Assembly: GCF_009914755.1 (NCBI RefSeq)
Contig: NC_060932.1
Origin: the human T2T-CHM13v2.0 reference genome, Homo sapiens
Length of the DNA stretch: 64,000 bases
Strand: one strand, 5' to 3'
Under the pieces are notes generated by a model, which ran no database searches, had not been told where the DNA came from, and was given only the letters and a program-made list of their open reading frames with translations. Numbering within the stretch: the stretch's first letter is position 1; every line of letters begins with the position of its first letter. Positions 35,712 through 48,944 of this stretch are shown here, in pieces. Position numbers and translations under genes: made by a program.

Positions 35712-36929
35712 TTAAGCTAAACATTTAAAAAATAAGAATTAAAATGCAGCCACAGTGAAACGGGAAGGGGCTGCTTTTACAGGTGCTGAACTTCCCGGCA
35801 ATAGAAGCATTTAATGGGAGGTTCCCTTTTTCCTAGGACCTCAAAGCTGGAGTACCAGGGATGTTGCCTTGACCTTCCCATGTGTGGATTTCTGCTTGAA
35901 CACACCAAGTACAGGACACCCTGTTTAGCAGCTAAACGTGGGAATTGCACCAGCTTTACTCCCAACTTGCTGGGCAATCTTCGGGAGTTGCTGACCTTCT
36001 CTGTGTCTCATCAGCAAAACAGGGAGAACACTAGCTCTCCCAACATGGGCTGTGTGAGGACCAAATGAGCTGAGGAGCCCAGATTTGAACCCGGGTCTGC
36101 AAGGTTATGTCCTCTGAGCCATCCCCACCCCTGCCCTTAAGGACCAGGGGCCTCTGGACACCATCAGCTTGCCCACCTGTCCAGGATTTGCACGCACCTG
36201 CTCGGTGCCAGATGCTGGGCACTGGGGACAAACCAGGTGAGGTGTGGACCGTGACCTGTGTTGTCACTGATTGGGGGACTTTCTGGCAGAGTGGAGAGTG
36301 CAGTGGGCTGAGAGACAGGATGGCCAGTGGAGACTGAGCTCTCAGAGGCGGCGGCAGCTGATGGGGACCATGCAATGGGAAGGATGGAGGCCCTGGGATA
36401 GTCTGCGGTGAACTTCCAGGCAGAAGGAACAGCAGGTGCAAAGGCCTTTAGCTGGGAAGGAAACTCTGGGTTGGAGGAATAGCTTGCAGGCGCTCTGAGA
36501 GAGGCTGGCAGCCAGGTGGCAGGGAGGCAGCCCAGTCAGGTGGTCTTGGGACAGTTTAGGGTCTCTGGCCTTCACCAGTGAGGTGGTGTCTGGAGACTTT
36601 TGCAGACGAAGGCAGCTCTCACTCCCATCTTCCCGGGGTCCCTCTGGCTGCTGAGGGTGGATGGGTGGAAAAGCATCTTTCAGGGAAGTGGAGGCAGGGC
36701 TGGAGCAGTTGAACATCTGACTGGGCCAAGGGTCCAGGGACTGGCATGGAACAGGGCTGGGTGGGTGAGGCCGCCTGGGAGACCCCAGCTTGCCTCTGTT
36801 TCCCCCTGTACTGGGGCCTCCTGCGTGAACCAGCACTGGTTTTTCCAGTAACTGGAGCCACAAGCCTCCCTAGGAACGGCTGACCCATAAGAGGACGTCC
36901 TCAAGGTCCCCAAGGGCTAGAGGCTGAGA

Positions 36930-38140
36930 TGCCGCCTTCGCCTGGGCGGGCCTCGCAGCCTGGAGGCAGGCGGTGGTGCAGCTCGGGCAGGCCCCGTCCA
37001 CACGCCTCCCCGCTCTTCTGAGCACCACGCGTCCCGTGGGCTCCCTACCCGTCCTGATAACACGGCGGTCCGGGGGCCTCGAAGCCGGTCTGACCCCAAG
37101 TACCCGGGCCAGGCGGCTGCCGTCTTGTCGCCCCAGCCCATCCCCTCAGCCAGCCCGCCTGGCGGCACGGGACCTAGCCCCAGTCGACTTAGGGGGAAAC
37201 TGAGAACTCCAGAAGTTTCGTGAACTCCCTGGCTTCGTCCGCATCCCGCCCTCTGCCTCTTCGCTCGGGCTTCAAAACTGCCCCTCCGACGCCCGCCTGC
37301 CCCAGGCCGACCTGGCCTAGGCGCCCGGCAGGCACAGGAGCCAAGGTCAGTCCCCGAGGCCGCCCGCGCGACCGGAGCCGCCTCCTCCCAGCCCAGGGGC
37401 GGCCTCGGGGGCGGCGGGCGCGCGGCCGCGGCGTGGGGAGCGCTCCCATTGGGCCGTGCCCCCACGTGACCCAGCGGGTCCGGCGCGCGCCCTAAGCCGG
37501 TGGAGCCGCGGCCGCGCCTGTGCGCGAGGGCGCGCGCGTCCCGAGCCCTCCACCCGTCGTGCCGGCGCCGCCCGGACCGCCAGGTCAGTCTCCTCCGCGC
37601 CCGCTCGGGGCGGGGGCGCGCGGCGCTTTGTGGAGGCGCGTGGGGGGCCGTCCGCGCGCGAGCCCGCCGCCCGCTCCGGGCACGGCTTCGGGGCCGCGCA
37701 GCCGGGAGGGCCGCCGCCTTCCCCCTGCCCGCGCGTCCCGGGACCCTGCGCCTGGCGGCCGATCCGGCGGGAACGTGGGCCTGGAGGCTGCCACGTGCCG
37801 GGGCCGAGCCTCAGGAGGCCGCTGTTTCCCCAGGCGAGCCACAGAACACCCCTGGCTGGAAGGGGGTGACCCGCTCCCGTTTCTGGGTGCGCGGGAGACC
37901 TCCTACCCTGAGTTCATCCTGCGCAGGGTCCCGCCCAGGATCTGGCTCTGCCCCCATTCACGGCTCATTTTCCTCAGCTGCACAGTTTGGGGGGCTGGAA
38001 CCCCACAGCCTTCCGTGCCTCCAGGGCGGGTCGTAGATGTCAGTGGAGGTCAGGGGAAAGCAGAGCGTCAGGTCTCAGGCCGGGTGGAGTCCGCCTCAGA
38101 CCATACCAGTGTTGGGACTCGGGCGGCGCCTCAGCCCTCC
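36930..38140. promoter_or_regulatory. PTP4A3: CpG island, probable PTP4A3 main promoter
   Basis: Very high CpG density, inverted CCAAT (ATTGG) at 37448-37452 and E-box CACGTGAC at 37463-37470. Gene identity comes from the recalled GPR20-PTP4A3 synteny, not from coding sequence. Confidence 0.75.
37500..37583 (+). other. PTP4A3: Probable PTP4A3 non-coding exon 1 (start approximate); intron 1 runs past the window end
   Basis: Donor CAG|GTCAGT at 37584-37589, just downstream of the CCAAT and E-box motifs. Confidence 0.6.
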
Positions 38141-41066
38141 AAGCACACCCCGGTAGAATCAGGTCAGCAGCCTTGATCCACGTGCCTCAGGGATTAAACG
38201 GGTGACTCCTGACACGCCCCTGGGCAGCTGGTGGCCCAGGGGTGGGGTGGTGGCATGCTTAGCTCCAAGTGGGCAGAGCAGTTTCACCCTGCCGGTTCCC
38301 GGAGGGAAGCCCTTTATGAGGGAGGCTTCCCTGGCCCTCTGTGATAGCGGCTCCAAGGGCAGCGTGAGGTCCAGGCTAGCTGGTCACAGTGTGTGCCCGG
38401 GCACCCTCAGCCAAGACAGAAAGGCACGTGCTGCACCCCCTCTCTCTGCCTGCGGGCTCTGGGGTGTGCCCCGCACACGATGGTGGGTGTTGGGCATCCA
38501 CCTAGTCTGTGGACCCTGGGGGCCCTGCTCCCAGGTTGGAGCAGTGTCCTCGGCTGCAGACCAGAGGAGGTCACTGAACACAGGGTGCCTGTGGCCTTGC
38601 ACAGACAGAAGCCGCCTGGCAGCCCTGTGCAGAGCCGTGCTTCACTGAGTTCCTGCAATCCTCCCAAGAAGTTCGTTAACCCCATTTCTCAGATGAGGAG
38701 ACTGAGGCCCACAAAGGTGGAGTTGGTGCAGCCCCTAGCCTGCGGGGCTAAGCAGAGCCTTGTTGTCCCCATCTGCAAAGGGGGCGTTGGAGCTGCTGTA
38801 AATGGGCCCCGAACCTGTCACCTGAGTGGAATTAGGCATTGGGGATCTCCCCATCACCACGCCGGCCCCCCTCACTGTGGTTACGAAGGAGGAGAAGCTG
38901 CCCTGTGTAGGAATTCCTGGGCTGTTTCCAAATAGCCCCGCTAGGGAGCTGGTCACCCCTCAACACCCCCAACGTGTTCTCCAAGCACTTACTCTGTGCC
39001 AGGCCCAATGCTGGACCTGGAGATGGGGCATGGCTGGCTGGCTGAGCGGGGCAGGTTGCGGACAGGCCCCCGCAGGCAGTCGGCGTGATGGGAGAAAATG
39101 CAGGCGGGGATGAGATGCAGCCTCCAGGTGGTTTCCTCAGCTGCCTGCTCCTCTCTGCCTTTGCCCTCCTCCCGGAAGCTTGCGCTGACCACTGGAGTAA
39201 GGCTGGGGGCCTCAGCTGGTCCCCTCTCTGTCCCAAGTAACAGCCCAGAACATGGTGAGGGTGGCTGGCTGATGCAGTCAGGCACTGGACATGGGAGGCA
39301 GGAGGAAGGCCGGGAGGTGGGCAGCTTTCTCAGACAAGTGGGCAGTTTGGATGGCGAGGAGGTCTTGGAGGCACCATGGGTGGCTGGGCTCAAAGATGAC
39401 ATGAGGGCATGCTTAACAGATGCTTAACCAAATCCTGAATTGGCATTGGCCAATTTCTGTGGTGTAACTACTCCCAAGCTACACAGACGTGACTTTACTG
39501 GCTGAGGACTTGGGCAGAGGTGCACACAGTCAGACTGAGAGGGGGGCATAAGCTGGTGTGAGCCCTCCCTCTCACCGCCAGGGTGGGCAGAGTGTCCGCT
39601 GGTGCCCAATGCCTATGCACGTGACCTCCTTAGGGACTTACATCCAGATGGCGGTGATACAGCTTGGGGAGGCCTCTCCCTGGTTGGCAGGTCCTGGCGA
39701 AAGGGTGAGTTAAGTGGAAAGTGTACCAGGCTGGTGTCCAGGTGGCATTTGGCCAGAGGGGCTGAGCTGGGAGCTCCTGGGCCTGGGGCTGGCAGATAGT
39801 GGTGATTTTTCGCCCCCCAAGACCTTGGGCTTGCCTTGTTCCATGAAGGTCCCAAATCTGACCAAAGGCTGTAACCAGATGGTCACTGTCCCAGACCACC
39901 CCAGGGCGCTTTCTCACCTCGAGAGCACCGTTTCTCCCCACCTCCACCCTGGCCGCCCTTGCTGTCACCTACTCCCTCTGGTCCCTGGCACCCCTCCCTG
40001 CCTGCAGTGGTGTTTCCTAGCAAGTGCAGCAGCCCGAGGCTGGGCTAGAGGCAGGAGGGCCTGGCCTCCCAGTGTCTTGCTGGATACTTGGTTTCTTGCC
40101 CCTCCGTTTCCACACCTGTAAAATGGGAGCAATGACAGGTCTTCCTGGCAGGACAGTGGTGAAGCTTGGTCACACGGGTGAACATGTGTGAGGTAAAAAA
40201 GACTTCCCATCCCTCCTTCTGACCTGGACCGGCTCGCAGGACCCATAGGCAGGGACCTGGGCAAGGTCCGAGGGCCGATGAGCCCCGTCCTCTCTGCACA
40301 GTTCAGAGTTGGGTGGGAGTGGCTGTGGGCTGCAGGAGGAGGTACTGCACTTCGCACAGTTACGTGGTCGGGTTGGCATCGCCGCCGCCTGACTTCGGCG
40401 CCCCGCGAGTTGGGTGTGTGCGGTTGGGGGCGGCCCAGAGTGTGCCCCACGCCTGCCAGTCGGGTAGGCCAGCCTCCCTGGAGAGAGGGGGGCCTCCCCA
40501 AGGTGGGACGGGGACAGGGACGGGTGCTTCCTTCCACCCAGGAGCCTGAGCAGAGGGTGGAGGGTCCTGGCAGCTACCTACGGCAGCTGAGAGCTGCGCT
40601 CTTTAGCCGAGCGGGATCAGGGCTACGTGGACACAGCCCGTGCCAGTGTGGGTGGGGCACGAGCTGTGGGTTCCGATGGCCCAGTAGGCGTTCACCTGGC
40701 AGAGAGTGTGCGCGTGTCTCCCCTCCTTGGGGCGCCTCAGGTCAGGACCCTGAGAACCTCACTTATCCTTTGAGCTGCGCCAAGGCTGTTGTACAAAAGA
40801 CAGTTCAGAAAATAAGGACAGGCTGTTCCTCCCAGCCAAGGGTGTGGCCCTAAGGACCCCTAGGTGGGGCATCGCTTCCCGCCAGGCACGTGCCACTCAG
40901 TCTTGGGCTGCTTTAGTGGCAGCCTCCTGGTTTGGAAGCGGAACTGAGGGTCAGGGATGACCACATGGCTCAGGGCTCAGCTGGGGTCCTGAGAGTGGGC
41001 CCTCAGGTTTACCTTCCTCCTGGAGGGGAACTGGGGGCCATTGCCCAGTGCACCCCCACTTCCCCT

Positions 41067-41272
41067 TAGGTGCGTGGGCCACCCCTCCCTCCTGCAGCCC
41101 CCGTTCATCTACCCAGGATAGGTGCATGGGCCACCCCTCCCTCCTGCAGCCCCCGTTCATCTACCTGGGGAAGGTGCGTGGGCCACCCCTCCCTCCTGCA
41201 GCCCCCGTTCATCTACCCGGGGTAGGTGCGTGGGCCACCCCTCCCTCCTGCAGCCCCCGTTCATCTACCCAG
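41067..41272. repeat. 52-bp VNTR x ~4
   Basis: (t/a)aggtgcgtgggccacccctccctcctgcagcccccgttcatctacc starts at 41067, 41119, 41171 and 41223. Confidence 0.95.
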
Positions 41273-41274
41273 TG

Positions 41275-41385
41275 GGGATGTCCCCTGGCTCCTCTCCTGG
41301 CATCTTCCCGGGATGTAGGGGTGCTCCCATGCCCCCCGGCTCCTCTCCTGGTGTCTTCCCCAGATGTAGGGGTGCCCTCATGTCA
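41275..41385. repeat. Tandem duplication, 2 x ~51 bp
   Basis: ggctcctctcctgg..tcttccc..gatgtaggggtgc at 41287 and 41338. Confidence 0.8.
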
Positions 41386-44300
41386 GGGCTTATGCTTCTA
41401 GAAGGAGTGGAAATGCAGCACAGTCATTGCTGTTGCCTGCCAAGGGCCACCCTGGCTGGGGACAGATGGGGCTGCCTCCCCTCTCCCACCCTGTCCTGGC
41501 CACCTGCCCCCGCCAACCCTGCCACTGGCTCAGAGGAAGCAGGCCTAACCTGATGTGTAACCCCCACCCCTGCCGTGACTGTAACCCCGTGCCATGTGAA
41601 GGTGGGGCTCCTTGGCAGTGCCTGGTGATTGCGGTACAGCCAGAACCGGCCCCATTATCTGGGCTGTGGGTGCCATTGGTCAGGACCGTGATGGACTCAT
41701 ACGTAAAACTTGATGCATTTTAACTCCCTTCATCCTAGAGGATTGAGACCTCTGGCGGGTAAGTGTTCATATTACCGTCCTGCCCTAGAGCCAGGGAAGG
41801 ACCCTAGGGGAGAAGTGACGTGCCAGGGTCACTGCTGGGAGGAGAGCAGGAATTTGAACGCTGGCCATGCCTCCTTTTTGGGGAAAGGTCAGTAAATGGG
41901 CAGGGGAGGGTGCTGGTCATTTGGGTGATGGTGCCAGTGGGGTGAGCAGCTCCAGGTCATCAGGTGGTATGGAATCTGGCCCCGGGCAGCCCGTCCAGCA
42001 TTCCTCTCTCACCGAGCCCACAGCCCTGGAGCACCTACTGTGTGCCTGCTCTGGCCCACTGGGAACAGGACAGTCCCGAGCCCTGCCCCGAGGAGCTGGC
42101 GCCAAGTGGAGCAGCTGCACCACAGGCACACGGGGGACAAAGGGCACCGCTGATGATTTGGCCAGGAAGAGATGAGGTGGGGATGGGGGCTACAGGGTGG
42201 GGAGACGGTGGCCTCGGGAAGGGCTAGCTTGGCCACGCCAGCTTGGTCATGTCACCTTCTGAGTCTCAGTGTTCCCTTCTCACGTGGGACAAGACCACGC
42301 ATAACCCGAGGGGCTGCATGTGTGGAGCCGACAAGCTGACGTGCGGGTCCTGAGTGCACTGAGCCCGCTGGGGTTCCAGACACAGTGGATGAACGATCCA
42401 GGGAAGGAAACAGCCTGGGCTGTGCTCTCTGGGACCTGCCCTTGAGCCAGGTACTCCTGTGGGAGGGTAGCCGGGCTGGCTGGGGGCCTGGAGCCCACAG
42501 CCTCTCCTCCCTTGCTGTTTTCCCGGCCAGGGAGGAAGCCAGGCTGGAAGACCCCAGAGGGCTAGGGGGATGAACACAGGTTGATCTGTGTTGAATTTGG
42601 CTCTAGCCACCTCCTCAGGGCCAGAGCGGCTCCTGGAGCCGGAGTGAGAGCTGTGTTACACGCAGGGAAGCCGGGGCTCGGGGAAGGTGGCTGCCAGGGT
42701 GTGCAGGGCTGTGCCAACCTCATCCTGGTGGGTCCCTGTGACAACAGGACAGGCTGCCTGCCCATTGTACAATGAGAGGCTGATGCTCTGTCACTTCATG
42801 AGGTCACACAGGCTCCAGGCAGTGGGGGGCTCTCTGAAGGAGGTCCCAGTGACCTGAATGGAGCCCCCGGGTGGGCTGAAACTTCTGCCTGTAAGGCCTG
42901 TCCTGGGTTGGGGTTGGGTGGGAGAGGGCAGGAGTCCTGCTGGGAAGGGCCTCTGCCATGCCCAGCTCCTACCACAAGTACAGAACAATGACAACTCCGC
43001 CACCTGGCTGCCCCACGCTGGGCACATGCTCCCCGCTGGCCTCAGTTGGGAGTCCAGTGAGTCAGGAGGTGAAGGTGGGGTGCACGTCCCCTGCAGACCC
43101 TCACAAGGCAGGTGGCGGGGCGGGTATTGGTCATGAGAACCCTGCCTTGGGGCCTGAGTGCCTCGGTGGCTGTGGAGCCTGGTTTCGACCTCTTTGGGAC
43201 CAGTGTTCTTGTCCATAAAAGGCAGTGATCTTTCTGGATAGTTCAGAGAGATTCTGTTATCTTTGCCCATCAGAGCTGGAAGGGAGTTGAACAAAATGTT
43301 TTGCAGAAATTGGACCTGAGTTGGGCATTGCTCCTCCTGCTGCCCCTGGTTCTGAGGGCTTGGCACCACTAGCCCGCTCTCTGTCCAGGGTCGGCCCGGC
43401 TCCTGCCTTTATCATGTGTGAGCCTCGCTGTGTGTGGCTCAGTCCTGGACGGGCCGAGACCTGGATGCAGGACCCTGGACAGTCAGCGCAGGCGGAGCAG
43501 GGAGGGAGGCGTCTGCCTGAGGCCTGCTTGGAGGTGCCCAGGCTGGAGCCCTTGGCCCTGGAAGATGTGGTCAGGGCCCAGTGGTGTTGGGATGGCCAAG
43601 AAGAGGGCCCCTGTGCCTTCTGCCCAGGGCTTGGCCTAGCCAGTGCTCAGGGTTTATTTGCTGGATGAGGGGTGGAGTGGGCCAGTGGGGCCCAGGTCTC
43701 CTGCTAGGTGACCCTCAGAGGTGGGCATAACATCCCTTGGAGTCTCTGCTCTGCACTTGCCAATAAGAGGCTGGACCATTTGAGTGGTTATAAGTTGGGA
43801 AGCACTCCCTGATTGCTTGGTTCTGCTTGAGGCACAGCCTCCAACTCCCAGAGATTCCAGCACCCCTGCAGGAGCCAGCGTTGCTGATGTGGGCAGACGG
43901 GCGTCTGGGAACACCCCAGACTCAGCATACTAGGGTTCAAGTCCCTGACTCCCATCCTGGGGCATGGAGTGGCAGGAACCAGGGAATGTTCTAGAGTGAG
44001 GTGGTGAGGTGGAGCAGGGCCTGCGGGGATCAGATTTCCCTGGGGTGGGGTCCTGGAAATAGGGCATCAAGAGGAAGTCTCTAACCCTGGGAGTTGGAGG
44101 GTCTCGGGTCCATGGCTGAGGGTGGATGTGCTAGAACTGGACTCTGGAACCTGAAGACCCCCGGATGAGGGTGCTCAGGGCCTGGCTGGGGAGACTCTTG
44201 CCTTGTTCTCCCCAGTGTCCAGGCCTGGGCTGCCCAGGGGACACTTCAGTTGATGACGTCATTGTCCAGGAGGCTTTTCTCTTGGACCTCAGTTTCCCCT

Positions 44301-45414
44301 TCTGCAGGATGGGCTGGACCCACTCTGTCTAGCTCTACCACCCCCTAGTCCCTCTGGGGAGCTGCAGGAGCCTGTTCCCACGGCCTCGTCCTCACCCGCC
44401 ACGGAGACCTCGAAGCCAGGCCTGGCCCAGCTAGAGGAGGTGACGGGTGGCCCTGCCCTGTCCCTGTCCCCATCTCAGTCCCCTTCCCACGGGACCGGTG
44501 CTCCCGGCTGCTCTCCTGGCCCTGGGTCCCTCCTGTGACTCAGGCTTCCTGGAAGAGGCTCGGGAGGGCTCGGAGGATTCCCCGCCACCCCACCCAGGGT
44601 TTCTGCCCGCCTGCCTCAGGTCCCTGTCACCACCCCTCCTGTGGCACACGGTGTGCTTTACCTGCTCATCCACTCCGCCCTTGCCCCTAGAGCCGGTGCC
44701 TCTTACTCCTGGCACCCCCACTCTGGCATCTTCTACTGATGCCTGGAACGCTGGCCCCCTCCTCTGGCTCGCCTGGTCCTGGGGCCCCTGCCAAGGCAAA
44801 CATCTTCTCCTTTAATCTCCCCGTCCTGGGTCAGCCGCAGAGGCCCTTCCTCCCGGGCTTTGCTTCCCTCTGGCCAGCTGCCCAGAGGCCCATCTGCTGG
44901 GAATTGCCGTGTGGAGCTCAGGGGGTCCCTGGGGGTGCCCGGGGCTCCCGGCTGCCCCTCCCCTCGGTGGCCTCCCTGTCCCCTCCGCATGGCCCTGGGG
45001 AGCTACAAGGCCTGGCCCTGGCTCTGCCGACTCTCCCTGCTCCTGCCCTTTCTGGGCCTCCGTTTTTGTGTCTGGAGAATGGGGAGCCTGGGGGAGACCC
45101 CGGCCCCCACAGCAGATGGGTGGGATCAGGACAAAGGCCTGGCAGCTGAGCTCCAGCCACCTGAGCCAGGCTGCTTGCTTCTGAGTCGGTGACTGCAATG
45201 GATGGACGGGGTCCTGGTGGCATGCCCTTTACTCTCTTCCAGGCCTGTGACCTGGGGGAGGGCTGTCCATGGGTGCCTCAGTTTCCCTACCTGCCAGGTT
45301 GTGTTCTTGGGGCAGGCTGGGGACGTGCAATGGCAGCACTGCGGGACCCACAAGGAGCTCACATGGGGGAGAGGCGACATTTGAACAACGCTTCAAACAT
45401 GTAGTTATTGTTTT

Positions 45415-45690
45415 CTCTTTTTTGAGACGGAGTCTCACCCTGTTGTCCAGGCTGGAATACAGTGGCACGATCTCAGCTCACTGCAAACCTCCGCTTCCCA
45501 GGCACAAGCGATTCTCCTGACTCAGCCTCCTGAGTAGCTGGGACCACAGGCATGCGCCACTATGCCCAGCTATTTTTTGTAGAGATGGCATTTCACCATG
45601 TTAGCCGGGCTGCTTCTCCTGGACTCAAGTGATCCTCCTGCCCCAGCCTCCCAAAGTGCTGGGATTACAGTGTGAGCCACTGCGCCCGGC
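45415..45690 (-). mobile_element. Alu with small internal deletions
   Basis: Antisense Alu body from tttgagacggagtctc to ccactgcgcccggc. Confidence 0.9.
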
Positions 45691-45809
45691 CCACCACTGT
45701 GCCTGGCCTGCCTCTGCGCCTGGCCCACCTCTGCGCCTGGCCCGCCTCTGCACCTTGCCCACCACTGTGCCCGGCCCACATCTGTGCCCGGCCCACCACT
45801 GTGCCAGGC
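45674..45809. repeat. 17-bp minisatellite x8 derived from the Alu 5' end
   Basis: ccaccactgtgcccggc-like units at an exact 17-bp period. Confidence 0.9.
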
Positions 45810-48800
45810 GCAAACGTGGTTATTGTTTTAGACACACATTTGGTGATGTTCATTATAAAAATTCAAACAGCCTGGGAAATACACGGCTGCAGTAGCTCTG
45901 GGCTTCTGCTTCATTTCACAAGAACCGTGCCGGCCTCGGGTGCTGTTTTACAGTGTCACTTGAAATTTCCCTGGGTGTTGACTGGGGTCCTCTCCCGATG
46001 GCACCCTTGGACCCTGGTCTCTGGGTCTGGTCAGATGCTTGTTTATTAACCAGCCATCCCCCCACCCCCATGATGGGCTCTCCTAAGTGAGGCCATGGAC
46101 AGCCAGGATGTGCGTCTCGGCACCGGGGTGAGTCTTTCTTGGCCCGCTGGCAGAACCCTGGGTCAGATGGGAGGGTTGTTGGTGCCCGGCTGTGTGTCTG
46201 CCAGCCCCTTCATCCCTATCCTGGCTGCTGTGTAGCTCCTGCCTCCCCATAACTCTTGGGGGGCTGCCCGGGTCCACACTGGCCCCGTGGGGATGGCAGT
46301 AGGCAGAGAGGGGCGGTCCTGACCCCAGAGAAATCCCATGGGTGAGTAGGACTTGTAGGAGATGGCAGTTCCCTCCCTGGAGCATGTGTCCCCAAGACTT
46401 AGAGGTCGTGGTGGGGCAGGAAGCAGGTAGTCAGGGTGGGCTTTTGGGAGGAGATGGCATCACAGTACGGAGGGAGTCATGCACGAGGCACCAGGAAGGG
46501 GCAAGCCGGGTGAGGACAGGCTCCTCCTGGGGACCCAGGACCTGACGGAACGGCATCACTCTTAATGGCACCGTCGCGAGCCTCTTCTGGGCCAGCAGCC
46601 GGAGCTCACCCAGGGCACATCCTTAAACCTCAGGGTCCCCTGGTGGCAGCTGCCATGGTCGTCCTGTTTCCCAGGGAGGGAAGCTGGTGTCTGAGGCTGG
46701 CACTCTGCTAGGTAGCACAGTTGGGGAGTGGCAGTGCTGGGATGGAAGACAGACAAGCTGGCACCTGCACATCTGCACGTCCTGTCGTTGAGGTGACCTC
46801 TAGCCAGCCAGCTCATCTGCTCCTTTGCAGATGAGGCCAGAGAGACGGGAGTCTCTGGTGTGGAGGGGAGGGCACTGGGTTTGGTGGGCTGGCCCTGGGG
46901 TAACTTGCCTGCCTGTGCTTCAGTGTCCCCCTCTGTAAACAGGGTGTGACGTCCCCCCGGCCATGTCGGAGGCTCCGAGAGGGCAGCGGGTCCATCTCAG
47001 CAGATGCTCTGCTGACGGATGCTGCTGGCTGGCCCCTGCTCCCACCCTCCCCTCCTTTGGTAGCCTCCCTGGGCCGGGCTGTTCCCACGGCTGCCCAGCC
47101 ACAGGAAGCCATCTGGAGGCCTTGTTTACCCCTCCCCCTGGCCTCCCTGGCAGGAAGTCACCGGAAGGGCCGTCCCGAGGGGCCCCGGGCCTGTGAGGAC
47201 AGCCATCGGCTCAGAGGTCTGTGCTGTGGAGTCCCAGGATAGCATGCGGGGGCAGGGAGCTCAGAGAACAGCAGGTGGAGCGGGGCTCCAAGGCACTGGA
47301 GCACGTGGGCCGGAGCATGGACAGAACCATTTACCGAGCGCATCCATCTGTCCATCCACACAGTCACCTACCCCTCCCCCGCTGTGGCCCCAGCAGGGCC
47401 CAGTCCCATGAAGCTCACAGTCTCAAGGCATGGACGAGGCCACTCCAGCTTCAGCCCAGGGGGGCCCCGTGATGCCAGGGCCATTCCTCCAGCTCCCGGG
47501 ATCCCACACCTCCCCTGATATCACACAAGCCACCCTGGGTCGGGGCTGGAGGAGGAGACCTGGGCAGCAGCTGGGGTGTCCAGGAGAAGGGAGTTGGGGA
47601 GAGGGGTGCCAGCAGAGGGTGCAGCCTCTAGAAACATTGGAGGCCGCCCTGGGTGACGGGTCTGAGGCTGCAAGGTGTGGGTGGAGCAGGTGAAGGGAGA
47701 GGTGGGCAGGCACAGCTGGCAGGGGCTGAAGGCATGGATGGGACCAGTCGGGGTACTTGTGGCCCTGCAGAACCCCTCTCTCCACCACCTCCTCCAGCCC
47801 TCTGGCGCCCTGCTCAGGGAGGGCTCCCCCAGATAACCCTGTAGGTCTGGACCCTCCTGGAGTGGGCTCAGGGGCCTGGGTTTCCACTCCACAGGATGGG
47901 TCCAGCTGCCCCGGCATTTGTGGCAGCCCCAGTGCCCACTGACAGGCCTGAGTGTAGCTGGCTAGGCCCAGGGCCTTTCCCACAGACACTGCCAGCAGGG
48001 ACTACCTGGCCCTAGGGGGATCTTTGACCTCCGTGGGGCCTTGCGCCCTGTGTTCTTGGCGGCCTCGCGCCTGTCCCGGCCTCCTGCCTTCGGGAGCTGG
48101 GTGGAGTGGGGGCAGGCAGCCCTGCCCCCGCCCACATGGGGAGGCTGAGGATTGGCCCTTCCGCCTCTGGCTACCCCTCTTCCCCTCCCCCATACCTCCT
48201 GCTCCCCTTTTTCCTCACTTTCCCCCCACCCCTCCCCCCTGCTTCCGCTTTCTCATCCCTTTAGAAGGTGCCTACTCATGATCGTCTTGAGTAAAGCCCT
48301 CCCTGAGAGTGTCTTGGGGTTTCGGGCCTGGCAAGCATCCCCAGCCTCCCCTGAAGAGGAAGTGAGCGTGAGAACCGGGCCTTTGGCGGATCCAGGTGCC
48401 TGCGGGCAGCCCGGGGGCTTGTTTGTTGGGTGCCTGGCCAGCGGGCCGGTCCAGAGCAGGAATAGATGTCTCAGGAGGGTCCCTGGCTGGTCCCAAGCAC
48501 CTCCTGTGTGCACCAGGGCCGCTGTTCTTCCGTCCAGCCTCCCAGCAGCCCTGGGGTGTGGGTGCCTCTGATTCGGAGGGAGTGACGGGACTTAGGGTTA
48601 GCCAGCTCCCCAGGTCAGAGACGCAGAGCCCTGGGCCAACCCCAGGATGAGCCCCATCAGCCTCTCCTTCCTGACTCATTCAAGATAGTAAGTGAAAGAG
48701 GGCATGCAACCAGCACGCAGCCCCAGAGGAAGGCTGCAGCGGCCTCGCGCGGGGCCAAGGAGGCTGGGCACCGTGTGTGCCGTGGCACTGCCCTCCCTGG

Positions 48801-48944
48801 TGTTGCTGATGCTGCTGAGATGGGAGAATGTTGTGGGATTCTGGGGGAGGCTCTGGTCTGAGAGTCCCGAGCCTGGGGAGATGGCCTGGCTGGGCCCAGG
48901 CTGGCCACAGGGGCACCCCAGACTTTTTTCCTGGGCATGGTGTA

